A model generated the notes under the pieces. That model saw only the letters and a list, made by a program, of their open reading frames with translations, ran no database searches and was not told where the DNA came from. A program made the translations under genes and the position numbers. A stretch of 64,000 nt of DNA, from contig NC_058368.1 in assembly GCF_018350175.1 (NCBI RefSeq), forward strand, positions 217,560,001 to 217,624,000, read 5' to 3'. This document shows, in pieces, positions 36,025 to 48,469 of the stretch. Numbering within the stretch: the stretch's first letter is position 1; every line of letters begins with the position of its first letter. The stretch is from Felis catus (Eukaryota).

Positions 36025-39000
36025 TAAAATTAAGAGTAATTTTCGTTTTCCACAATAATTCAGTCTGAAGTTTGGTTGCTCATTTTTGATGGATGCTATC
36101 AGAGATATATTAATTCTGTTTTCTGTAATGAGGGAAATTTTTGGTTCTTACTTAAGAGGATTACAAAGTTATGACAATCGCCATGTAGCTTCCCTGTAAT
36201 TTGAATAGAAGCATGTGGCTGAATTACTTAAGCAAAAGAGTAATACTGCTCAAGAGAAGAATTTAAATAAATGTAACAAGAAGTATAGCAAAGGCTCCTA
36301 CAACTCTGTTACAGAAACTTCATATGCACTTGCTTTCTTACACAATAGGTCGAGATGCTGAGGAATCCCTAGTTGTCATGAATTAATAATTAATAGATCA
36401 CATGCCTATTATTGAGAATTTATATTTAATATCTGATTGAAACACATTTATTACTTGGAGAGATACCAAACTTACAAGTATAGTGTTTATTCCTTCTGAA
36501 AGAAAACACTGGTATTTATAAAATAATTGAAATATCAGCTTAACCGACCATTACACTTTAATTCAAAGCATTTGCTTTGCTCACAGCAATCAATACTGTG
36601 CTATGGAACTGCCTATAACCAGTCACCATTTAAATACAACATATTTTTACCGAGTTAGCTCTATATGTTTTTATGTTTTAATTCAAAACCTTTTACTATA
36701 CCATAGCCAAAATTACCATGAGTATAATCAGAATCTCAAATTGGAATGGGATTTTAACATTTATCAAGCTCTTGGTTACAACTGGATACAATTGATTTAC
36801 TTCTTACTAAAACAGTGGAAAACACAGGTACCAACTGGAAAGTGGATGGGAGTGTGGTTTATATCAGACTGAGTAATGAAACTGTGGGATGACTCTCCTT
36901 TACACTTACAGATATTGACATATGCACTAAATATTGATATCCCCCCAAAGCATACATAAAATAATGTACTTGGATAGGCAATTTTCTCTTAGGCTTTCAG
37001 AAAATGGCACTTTGATGTGTACAGAAACAGAAATAAAGTCTCAAAGTTCCTGAAGGATGTTTGATAAATTTTTATAGTGTATTATAGTGTTTTTCAGCAT
37101 CTAAATAAATTATCTTTGTAAAGCTTTACTATGGTGCAGTACATGTAGCAGCTGTTTCAGATTTATGGGCACATTGTATCCCAAAATTCTCTTTATAGGT
37201 TAGTTGTTTAAAACTAAAAACACATGAGAAAAATATTAAGCATTAAGGCTAGGTTCTCTGGACAGTCTACAATGGCTTACTTCACACTGAGATCTCTAAA
37301 ACTCTGCTTTTATACTAGAATGCTAGTATTTAATTCTTACTGTCAAGCCCCTCATCGCTTGCACTGCATTATCACTTCCCCGAACCACTCCATTAGCACA
37401 CCTAATGACTTTTTACTTGACTTCATTATTTTTTTTAATTCTTAAAAACCCATTACACACTGTTTCTTGAATGATACCAACCTCTTGGACAAAATATCTA
37501 TAGAAAAATTGACTTAAGTAGATTCAAAGTATTCGATATCATTGTACATTCCAGCCCGTATTCTGTGTTCCCACAACAGTACAATATGGCTTTAGTTCTA
37601 GACAAAGTGAAACTTTTCCTCTTCCATAGGCTTCACTTCTATTTTATCATGGTCACAGGCACTTTTACAGGGAGTATCTAACCTGCTTTTTCATAATTTC
37701 ATCTCTTCTCCTTGCTTTAAGTCCTATCTCAACGGCATCCTCTTATATAAAGCCCATCCCCATTCTTCTTGGCTAGAATTTCCCATCAAAATTTAACCAC
37801 CTATCAAAATCTTATTCAAGGCATAATTTAAATTATTCTGGTCTAATATTTTACCATCTAGAATCTGTGGCCTTTGGGCTTTCAATCTGTGTTTGATTTC
37901 ATTTTTTTCTTCCCCAAAATGTTTGACAAAATATATTTATTTACTCAAAATTAATATTCAGTTGCTATCTTTATTAAGCACTTATTACTCTGGATCCTGA
38001 GAGACTGGCACTTTGAAACACAGAAACAGCAGAGAAGGTTTAAAATAAATATATCCCATTTTTCCTGGCACATTTTGCAAAAAGTCAATTCCTTTCCTGT
38101 ATTTCCATTATCCTTGAAGCCCCTAATTGCAGCTGCAACCCTCTCATTTTGCTCTATGCCAAAACAGCACACACTTTAGAATCATTTGCATTCCAACAAT
38201 TTCTTTGCCCTGAATACAGGTAATTCAAACAGGCATTAAGAATTAAAAGATAAGATGAAACAAATTCTGACTGATTAAGGAAACATAACTACTTCTAGAA
38301 AAATTTACATTTAAAATTTAACTAAACTTTTTTCCCCCTGGAATATAGTAACTGTTAAGCCATTTAAAATATTAGAGTATGGTAGAAATGTTTATTAGTA
38401 CGATTACCAAATCTATGTGTGATTTTCCCTGACATCTTCCACCAACTTCAGTGCTTGTGAAATATTTCTAATATTTTAACAGTCTCTTCCTCTATTGCCA
38501 AACTTGCAAAAGATCACATCCACGCTTACATATTCATCAGTGTTTAAAAAACAAACAAACAAACAAACAAAGAAACTTAAGAAGTAGAAACTCTAGGAAG
38601 GTCTAGAGGGAGGACTGTGAAAAAATATTTAAGCACAAGCATCATTTAATAATAAGTGTTATTATTTTAATAAAAGTTATTAGTGTTCCTTACAAAAAAC
38701 TAGGTCCATAAAATTAAAAGTTAATGTAAAAAATCTCAAAGATAACTATAATCACACTATGAAGATAAGGTTAAAAGTTTACATATTTCTGCTTATTTCC
38801 AGTTATATATTTTAGCACTGTTGATTTCATATTACTTACATATATTTTAATTTGTCTTTCTCAGTTAATTCTGTGTTTCTGCACATTGTTAAAATTTCAG
38901 TATTTGCCATATAATATCATACATATAATTTTTAATTAAATTTATGTATTTTCTGAAATTTCTATTTAGACTGGTATTACACACACACACACATTTCTGT

Positions 39001-41381
39001 GATGAAAATTTGGTAGCTAATAACTTTGAGTGTATTTTAAATTACACTTACTAGATTACTTTATTACTGAAAGTAGAATTTCAAGAGTAATAGATATGAA
39101 TGGATTTTAAAGCTCTGGGTATGCATTAGTCAGTTGCATTTCAGAAAATTTATGATGCTTATCTTCCAAAAATATGCCAACGTAAGGCATTAGTGTGTTT
39201 ATTTGTAAAGTTTTTTTACAAATTTATTTTACAAATAAAAAGAATAACAAAGTTATTTTACAAATATTTATTTGTAAAGTTATGACTATGTTAATGTGGA
39301 TCTTAACCCTGTGTATTATTATTCAATTAGTTTTAGAAACTGAACACCTACAATGCAGGACACCAAGACTGAATCCTAAAACTAAAAGTAAATAAGATGC
39401 ACTGGTCTCTATCTTAGAAATAGATAGAAATAATTTGTTGTAAATAAAATAGTCTCTATCTATAATAAGCAAAATGCTATTATTGCTGGCCTGTTGGAGA
39501 AATACGTGATAGAAGTCTCAATTTAGATGAAGGAAAATACTTTTTCCTTATCTAATAGACTGAATTCCTAGTAGCTAAATTCTACCTAGCCTAATTTAGC
39601 ACTAGAATCACCCTCCAAGTTAATAACGTATGCATGTTTGTTTATTTGTTAATTTAGGACTGCCATATTTCCCTATTCCCATGAACATTGACTATTTTTT
39701 TTTACCAGATTTTAACAAAATATTCAAACTTTGCTTGTGCAAACTTTTTGTAATGTGTCCACAGTAAATTCTAATGACTCATACTAATAGTCTTATAGCT
39801 ATTGTGGTATTGTTCATGGAAAAGGAATTAGGACAATATTCTAAAAGATGTTCAGCCTTTTTTGCACTGACTTCATAAAGTAAATGAGGCCACTCTAGAT
39901 ATGCCACTGAATATACATTTAGTGGAACTCCCTCAGTAAGTATCCTGTTTCACAGCCAGAATGTTTTAGGCATGCTATTACAATAAATCATCATACTCAG
40001 AACTATACGCTAACAGAAACACAAAAGTGAGTTCAAGATCAATAAATAAATGTATTGGCAAATCTAAGAGGAAAAAGGCCTTTCTTTTTCCTACAATGGG
40101 AAGGGATATATTTGTATGTGGCCATTTTGTGAAAGTTTCAGCTCCTTTAATGGTTACTATAACAAAAGCTTTTCTTGAAAAATTAAAACATTGCCCCACA
40201 GTTTATGTTCTATTGATCTTACTCTACAAATACAATAGGATACATCGCTATTGCATATTAATGGTTTTAAAAAATGCAATTTAAAAACTATTTTCGTAAA
40301 TGTGTCTTCTATATTTAAAAGGAATTATTGCATACCTACTGGGTACAGTATTTTGCAATCTTATATAAGCTTGATGATAGTATTATTCAGTTCTCTATGG
40401 TTAAAAGTTTTGTGTCTCCTTATTCCAATTCTTACTGTGAGAAGAATATTAAAAAGTTCTATATTTTAATTTCTCTCTTTACCTCTGTCAAATATTCTTT
40501 ATTTGTTTTTATGCAATTATCGGATGCATGGCCAATTATCTCTTAGGTTTCTGATTAATTGATACTATTATTATGAAATATCACCCTGTATATTTCATAA
40601 TACTACTTGCTTGAAGTTTACTTTGCCTGGTACAAACTTTGCCACACTAATTCATTTATGATAATATTTGTATGGTTGATCACTTACATCATTTTGCTTT
40701 CAGCCCTTCTGTACAATTTAATATAAAAAACAGCTCTCGTAAACATCTCAGAAGTGGTTTGTGCTTTTCTATCCAATCTGACAATCCTTAACATTTAATT
40801 AGTGTTAAGTCCGCTCATAAACAATGTAATCATTGACATAATTGGATCTAAGTGTATCATTTTCTTGTTTTCATTTGTTCCATTTATTCTTTCTACCTTG
40901 TTTTTTGCTTTCCTACCATATTTTGGGTCAACTGAGTGTTTTCTTAAATGTCTAAATTTGGTCTCCTTAACCTACTATAATATAAATCAAATAAATATTA
41001 TATATTTTTAGCATGCAGGGCAATCATCTTACAACAGTATGATTTTATTTCCTCTGTAGGGTTTTAGTCTATATTTGTCAGATATTTTCTCGCTGTATAT
41101 ATTATAAATTGCACCCTGTGTTGCTAATATTTTATTATTTAAGCATTCCATTATTTATTAAAAATTTTAAAAAACACAATCTTATGTTACATTATGTTGT
41201 GTTATATTTACTTATGTAGTTACCATTTCCAGTCAGTGCTTTTTAATCTTTCATATTGATCTGAATTTCTGTGTACTATCATTTTCTTTCAACCTGAAGA
41301 TTTCCCTTAACATTAATTGTAGTTTGTATCTGATGGAAACAAATTTTTTGTTTTTTTTTTAATCTGAAAATATTATTTCAC

Positions 41382-41805
41382 AAGTGATGAATGGATAAAG
41401 AAGATGTGGTAGATATATACAATGGAATATTATTCAGCCATCAAAAAGAATGAAATCTTGCCATTTGCAACAACATGGATGGATCTAGAGTATATTGTAC
41501 TAAGTGAAACAAGTCAGTCAGGGAAAGACCAATACCATATGATTTCAGTCATATGTGGAATCTAAGAAAGAAAACATATGAACATAGGGGAAGGGAAAAA
41601 AAGAGAGGGAAACAAACTATAAGAGACTTTTAACTATAGATAACAAACTGAGGGTTGCTCAAGGGGAGGTGGGAGACATGGGTGATAGCTATTAAGGAAG
41701 GCACTTGTGATCAGCACTGGGTATTATATGTGAGTGATGAGTCACTAAATTCTCCTGAAACCAATATTACACTAGATGTTAAATAAGTAGAATTAAAAAA
41801 AAAAA
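41382..41805 (+). mobile_element. Carnivore L1 3' end (about 420 bp)
   Basis: gatgaatggataaagaagatgtgg...aagaatgaaatcttgccatttgcaacaacatggatgga...ctcctgaaaccaatattacacta, then poly-A. Confidence 0.92.
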
Positions 41806-41844
41806 GTGAAACAAACAGGAAAAAGAAAAAAAATACTTGTTTTA

Positions 41845-42061
41845 CTTTTTATTTTTTTAAGTTTATTTATTTTGAGAGAGAGAGAGAAAAAGAGAGGGCA
41901 AGCAGGGGAGGGGAAGAGAGAGAGGAAGAGAGAATCCCAAGCAGGCTCCTTACTATCAGCAAGGAGTCCAACATGGGGCTTGATCCCATGAACCTTGAGA
42001 TCATGACCTGAGCTGAAATCAAAGGTAGGACACTTAACCAACTGAGCTACCCAGGCACCCC
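41845..42061 (-). mobile_element. CanSINE
   Basis: ...gagaatcccaagcaggctcc...ttaaccaactgagctacccaggcacccc. Confidence 0.93.
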
Positions 42062-43808
42062 TAAAAAGAAAAATATTTTAATTGAATGTAGAAATATAGA
42101 TTTACCTGTTTTTTTTCTTTTTGTACTTAAAATTTTTGCTACATTGCACTGTGGATTTCATTACTTTTGGTAGTGATGCATGTATGTCATGTGTATTTGT
42201 CTCTGGTTGCTTTTAAGGTCTGTGTCCTCAGCTCTCTGTCTGTTTCAACAGGGGTTGTACTTTGATACCTAGATGTGTTTTGTTTAACCTGTTTGGGACT
42301 CACTGGCCTTCTTAGACCAGTGTGTCCTTTTTCATCCAATTTTTAAATTGTATGCTTATTTGTATTTTTATGGCCTGCTCTCTCTTCTTTGGAGGAGGAG
42401 AACTCCAAATACAAGTATATTAGAGCATTGTACATTGTCCCATACATCATTGAGACTGTGTTATATATTTTTATATCTGTGTCAATATATTTTTATATTG
42501 GTGCTTTAATATGGATCATTTATTTTTGGTGTCATCAAATATATTGTTTCTTTTGTTTCTGTGTCCACACCACTGTTGCACATTTTTATTACAGAAGCTA
42601 TAATTTCCAGTTCTAGGTTTTCTTTTCTGTTTGATTTTGCATATAATTTATTAAATCCCTAATATACTATGTCCATTATTTTAGTATGCCATAAACATTC
42701 TTTAATATACTTACGATAGCTATATTTAAAGTCTTTGCCTGTTAAATTTTAACACCTGAGTCTTATTTTCATCTATTTCTATTGACTATTCTGTTTTGCT
42801 ATATTTTTCTGCTTGTTAAATCTCTACAAAATTTAGATTACATACTGGGTATTAAGGGTAACATACTGTGGAGATTCTGGATTTTGTTTTCTTCCTCTGA
42901 AGATTGTTGAGTTTTGTCCCAGAAGGAAGTGAAATTATGGGATTCTACTTTGATTGTATGTAGGCTTTTAGGATTTTCAAGGAAAACTATTTTGTTTATT
43001 TCCTTAGCCCTGTGGTATAACCCTAAATCCTAGCACATCTTCCTGGCTCCTAAGTTATCACTTTTCTGCTGTTTTACTGGAAATCTCAAAGTGTTCACCA
43101 AACACATTTACCTACAAGGAGCTTTAATCTTAAACTCTTCATTCCTAGTAGCTGGAATGGCTAACCTCTCTGCTTAGTTATTAATCTTCAGTCTGTTCCT
43201 TTTCTCTGGATTCCTTGGACTCTTAGTCTGTACATGGTCAGTTTAGAAGTCAGCTACATGTTACATGCAATGTATATTCAAGGTTTAGGGCTCTCTCTTC
43301 TGTGGCTTCCTCTATTCCTGGATTTCTTCTCTCAATTTTTAGCCATTATGATGTCCCTGAATCCTGACCTCTGATGCCTCATCATAAAGACTGCTGATTT
43401 CTGCTTGAACCTTGTCTTCTTCATGACATATGAAATGTGGTATACTTGCAAGAAAAAAAGGGGTTAATGTGGAAATCACTTTATTCCCTATTTGCTAGTA
43501 AGCCTCTGAATTTTTGTCCTGGTTCTTATCTACTACCTTTATAAAGTATTTGTATTTTTAGTTTTTTTTTGTTGTTGTTTTTTAACTAATTTGTAAACAG
43601 TTAATTATTTCAAGAAGAGTGTTGTTCCCACACAAGTTATGTTCCATGACTAAAATCAACTTCTATGTATTATTCCCTTCTTAAAACTTGTGTTTCCTTT
43701 AAATAAATGTCTTATGATTGAATGTTTGTACAAAATGAAGCCCTATGAGACAAGGTCAGTGATGAAAATATAATTCAGAGCATATAGATTAAAAATTATT
43801 TTATTCTA

Positions 43809-43956
43809 GGGCACTTGGGTAGCTCAGTCAGTTAAGTGTACAACTTTTGATTTCGGCTTAGGTCATGATAACATGGTTTGTGAGATCGAGTATGCATTGG
43901 GTTCTGTGATGATAGCATGCAGCCTGCTTAGGATTCTCTCTCTCTTTCTGCCTCTG

Positions 43957-43998
<42 letters not shown>

Positions 43999-44025
43999 AA
44001 AATAAATAAACATTTTAAAAAGGAA
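43809..44025 (+). mobile_element. CanSINE (older) with a long (CT)n
   Basis: gggcacttgggtagctcagtcagttaag.... TSD-like aaaaa(t/c)tattttatt at 43791-43805 and 44026-44040. Confidence 0.92.
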
Positions 44026-44171
44026 AAAAACTATTTTATTTCATTTTCTTTTCTTGAATAATTTTTCTTTTCCACAGTAGAAGGAACTGAAGAAGGGGCT
44101 GGGCATTCTTATAAAAGGCCCTAAGAATATCACATAATAAATTTTAATTTTCTGCTGTAAATAACTATTTT

Positions 44172-44389
44172 TTTTTATTTTTTTTTAACGTTTATTTATT
44201 TTTGAGACAGAGAGAGACAGAGCATGAACAGGGGAGGGGCAGAGAGAGAGGGAGACACAGAATCTGAAACAGGCTCCAGGCTCTGAGCTGTCAGCCCAGA
44301 GCCCGACGCGGGGCTCGAACTCATGGACCGCGAGATCATGACCTGAGCCGAAGTCGGACGCTTAACCGACCAAGCCACCCAGGCGCCCC
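44172..44389 (-). mobile_element. CanSINE (SINEC_Fc-type, fairly young)
   Basis: CpG-retaining body. TSD tgtaaataactatttt at 44156-44171 and 44391-44406. Confidence 0.96.
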
Positions 44390-44623
44390 ATGTAAATAAC
44401 TATTTTAAGATTGTTAATTGGAATAGTATTGTCAATATGTTAAGAAAGATAGTTGAATGAAGCAAATTGCTTGAAGAGAACATTAAGTCATTAGATAATA
44501 TTAAGTCATTAGGTAATAGTAAGTCCTAACACTATACAGGAATAATGGCAGTGACAAGGCAGAAGTCTTTATATCCACCACTGTTCTTTATATCCACCAC
44601 TTTTTCTGGGTGTGTTGTTTCTT

Positions 44624-44920
44624 TTTTCTTTTCTTTTCTTTTCTTTTCTTTTCTTTTCTTTTCTTTTCTTTTCTTTTCTCTTATTTTCTTTTCATTTTTC
44701 TTAAAAAAAAACATTTAACATGTATTTATTATTGAGAAACAGAGAGAGACAGGGCATGAGCAGGGGAGGGGCAGAGAGAGGAGGAGACACAGAATCTGAC
44801 GCAGGTTCCAGGCTCTGAGCTGTCAGCACAGAGTCTGCCACTGGGCTCAAACTCAGAAACCACGAAATCATGACCTGAGCCGAAGCTGGACACTTAACTG
44901 ACTGAGCCACCCAGGTGCCC
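44624..44920 (-). mobile_element. CanSINE with its tail expanded into (TTTTC)n (44624-44678)
   Basis: Perfect TSD ctgggtgtgttgtttctt at 44606-44623 and 44921-44938. Confidence 0.95.
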
Positions 44921-45520
44921 CTGGGTGTGTTGTTTCTTCATCTGTCAACCACTGTTGAAATTCAGTTACTATATTTAATAAATTAAATGATAATAAACTT
45001 TTAGGGAAAAAAAACAATATTTCCATTAATTATGTTAATGTATGTTTTAAAAACACATTTTTAAGTTCTTACTTGCTTAGAAAATCACTCTTTGTAGTTG
45101 CTGTAGTATATTTCATTTTAATAATAATCAATAAAAATGCAACATTCAATATCTTTAAAGGCCCAAAATACTAGGTTACTGACAAAAGCTTTAAATTTTA
45201 CGAATCTCTGAATAAAAAGTTTTATTGACTTTTCTATGCTTACCTCAATAAAGCATGTCTTAAACTGTCAAAATAAAAATCTTCACTTCAAGTAAGTGAA
45301 GTCATTTTTTATGTGTATATGAAAAAATAAGTGTCTTGGTCAAACCACAGACAAATAAGTATTTGTTTAAACATGTTATGAAATCAGTTTTCTAATATAC
45401 AACAAAATCATAAAGTATATTCCATTTTCCCAAAATTTGTCATTAAATATATTGATTTTTTTAAAGTTTAATTTCTAATTTACAATGAGCTAAATTTAGC
45501 AAGTGTTTTTCATATAAATG

Positions 45521-45554
<34 letters not shown>

Positions 45555-46020
45555 ACTTCAAAATTAATGTGAACAAAGCAATGGTGAACATTTATTATAA
45601 AATGGATATTAGGAATACAATGAAATATAAAATATCATAAATACAAAGTTATGTCACTACTATTTCCCATAAATTCTCATAATAACTCCTCTAAAGTAAG
45701 TCAGGAAACTTCAGTATCTTCAAATTATATAAACCTGAGGTACTAGAAAAATTTCATTTTTCTTCTTCCTAGTTCTATTAGGCTAATATTAGCAAAGAAC
45801 TTGCTTTGTTGGTGATAAATTGGAAGATTAAATTGAAAGTTAAAATCTTTGACCAAGAGACGAAAGATAGGGACAGAGATGAGAAGGGTAGACATGCCCT
45901 TAGACATTGCCTAGCCCCTATTCCACAAAGTGCCTTGTCTGGTTAGTGCTTATGGGAGGAATACACAAAAAATGCTTTAGTCAAAAAAGTTACTTACTTA
46001 CTTACGTACTTACCTATTAA

Positions 46021-46892
46021 TTTTTTTGGTGTATTCCCAATACTTTATTTTTGCTTTTGTTTCCCTTGCCTAAAGAGAAATATACATAAATATATTGCTA
46101 AGGCCAAAGGTCAAGTATTTACTGGCTCGTGCTGTTTATGGTTTCAGGTCTCACATTTAGGTCTTTAATCAATTCGAGTTTATTTTTGTGTATGGTGTAA
46201 GAAAGTGCCCCAGTTTCATTCTTTTGCATGTAGCTTTTCAGTTTTCCCAACACCATTTATTGAAAAGACTTTTCTTTTTTCCCATTGTATTATTTTTGTC
46301 TCTTGTCATAGAATAGTTGACCATTTAAGCATGGATTTATTTCTGGGATGTCTATCCTGTTCTACTGATCTATATGTCTGCTTTTGTTCCTGTACCATAC
46401 TGTTGTGATTACCATAGCTTTTTAGTATATCTTGAAATCTGGGATTGTGATACCTCCAGCCTTGTCCTTTCTCAAGACTGCTTTGGCTATTTGAAGTCTT
46501 TGGTGGTTCCACACAAATTTTAGGATTATTTATTCTAGTTTTGTGAAAAATGATATTGGTATTTTGAGAGGGATTGCATTGAAACTGTAGATTGCTTTGG
46601 GTAGTATGGACATTTTAATAACATTCATTCTTCTAATTCATGAGCATGGTATATCGTATTTGTGCCATGTTCAATTTCTTTCATCAGTGTCTTAGTTTTC
46701 AGAATACAGGTTTTTCATTTCCTTGGTTAAATTTATTCTTAGGTATTTTATTCTTTTTGGTGCAGTTGTAAATGGGATCATTATTTGAAATTCCTCTCTC
46801 TGACACTTTGTTATCAGTGTATTTAAATGCAACAGATTTCTGTATGTTAATTTTGTATCCTGCAACTTTACTGAATTCATTTATTAGTTCTA
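46021..46892 (-). mobile_element. L1 ORF2 internal fragment (RT to C-terminal region)
   Basis: Minus-strand translation includes [28 protein letters not shown]; tttatttttgtgtatggtgtaagaaagtg is shared with the L1 at 25921. Confidence 0.9.
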
Positions 46893-46897
46893 AAAGT

Positions 46898-47365
46898 AGC
46901 CATTGATAGATGAATGGATAGAGAAGATGTAGTCTACATATATGGAATATTATTCAACCATAAAAAGAATGAAATCTCGCCATTTGCAGCAACATGGATA
47001 GACCTAGATGGTATTATGCAAAGTGAAATAAATCAGAGAAAGACAAATACCATATGAATTCACCTACATGTGAAATCTAAAAAATCAAAACAAATGAGCA
47101 GGCTCTTAATACAGAAGGGAGATGGGAATGAATGGACAAAATAGTTGAAGGAGATTAAGAGGTACAGTTTTCCAGTTATAAAATGAAATAAGTGAGCCAT
47201 GGAGGTGAAAGGTACAGCATAGGAATACAGTCAATAATATTATAATAATGTTGTATGTTGACTTATGGTGACTATTGAGTAGTGTACAGAGTTGCCAAAT
47301 CACCATGTCATATACCTGAAACTAATATGACATTGTATGTCAACCATAGTTCAATATTTTTTTAA
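46898..47365 (+). mobile_element. Carnivore L1 3' end, in opposite orientation to the adjoining fragment
   Basis: ccattgatagatgaatggatagagaagatgt...agaaagacaaataccatatg...tacctgaaactaatatgacattgtatgtcaac. Confidence 0.9.
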
Positions 47366-48020
47366 TATACTGAAACTGTGACATTCAGAGTGCCAGTAAG
47401 TTCAAAACAACAGTGCTAGAGTGATTCTTTGACTATGAGAATTAATAACATTTAGAATTAATTTCATAGACATTATTTTTTACCATTTCTTAGAAGCTTT
47501 AGAGGAATTGAAAGAAAGTCAGTGAGGCATAAACACAAATTTAAAAATAACTCTTAGAGATGCCAGGAAATTGGTGTTACATATTTGCCCCTCAACTTTT
47601 GCCTGCTAACGTTACTCTCTTTGCCTTGGATCATTTAGCCGTTATCTCTGTGTCCTTTGATGCTCTTTAAGTTCTAAGTCAAAGGCAGTAATATAAAATG
47701 TGACGATTTGGAATGAGAGTGTAAAAGTGCCATTAGAAAATTGTAAATAATTTTAAAACAAGACCATTAATAAATTGGTCTCCTTTGTGAAATGATAACA
47801 CTCCTCCTCTTAAAGTGTGCAAGGAGAGGATAAATGTACACTGAGAGTGGAAAATTTATAAATGATGAACAAAGCAAAGAAGAAAATATAACCCCCAAAC
47901 TCACTGATAATTATGATTATAATGAGATAATTTTTTTTGGTATTCTTTTTTTGTCATAAAATTTGTATATAGTAAATATTTGAAAATTAGAAATGGTGTT
48001 CTGCCTATGTACCTAAGATT

Positions 48021-48040
48021 TTATATATATATATTTTTTT

Positions 48041-48081
<41 letters not shown>

Positions 48082-48233
48082 CAGGCAGAGACAGAGGAGA
48101 GAGAGAATCCCAAGCAGGATCTACACTGTCAGCATGGAGCCCAATGTGGGACTCAATCTCACGAACTGTGAGATCATGACCTGAGCCAAAATCAAAAGTT
48201 GGAGGCTTAACCAACTGAGCCACATAGGCACCT
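48021..48233 (-). mobile_element. CanSINE
   Basis: (GA)n plus SINE body. TSD tgtacctaagatt at 48008-48020 and 48240-48252. Confidence 0.94.
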
Positions 48234-48469
48234 GGGCTGTGTACCTAAGATTAAAGTGTGAACATATTTTGATGTCCCAGAATAATTTTCCAGAAATAGT
48301 TTTCAATTGCTGTGTAACATTATGTCAAATAAAAATAGTATTATGAGAAACCCCATTACAAATCACAAAATAGTGACTGTAAACATAAATGATTCTGAAA
48401 CAACAGAAAAACATTTTAAAGAATGCCTGTGTTTGTATGGGTATGTGTTGCCAACTTGGTTTGTTTAAG

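Larger units (their letters stand above)
40320..43640 (-). mobile_element. Ancient L1M fragment (endonuclease/ORF1/5' region, highly decayed), interrupted by a younger L1 and a SINE
   Basis: T-rich antisense L1 motifs such as ttgcttgaagtttactttgcctggta and cttttctatccaatctgacaatcct; no intact ORF. Confidence 0.55.
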
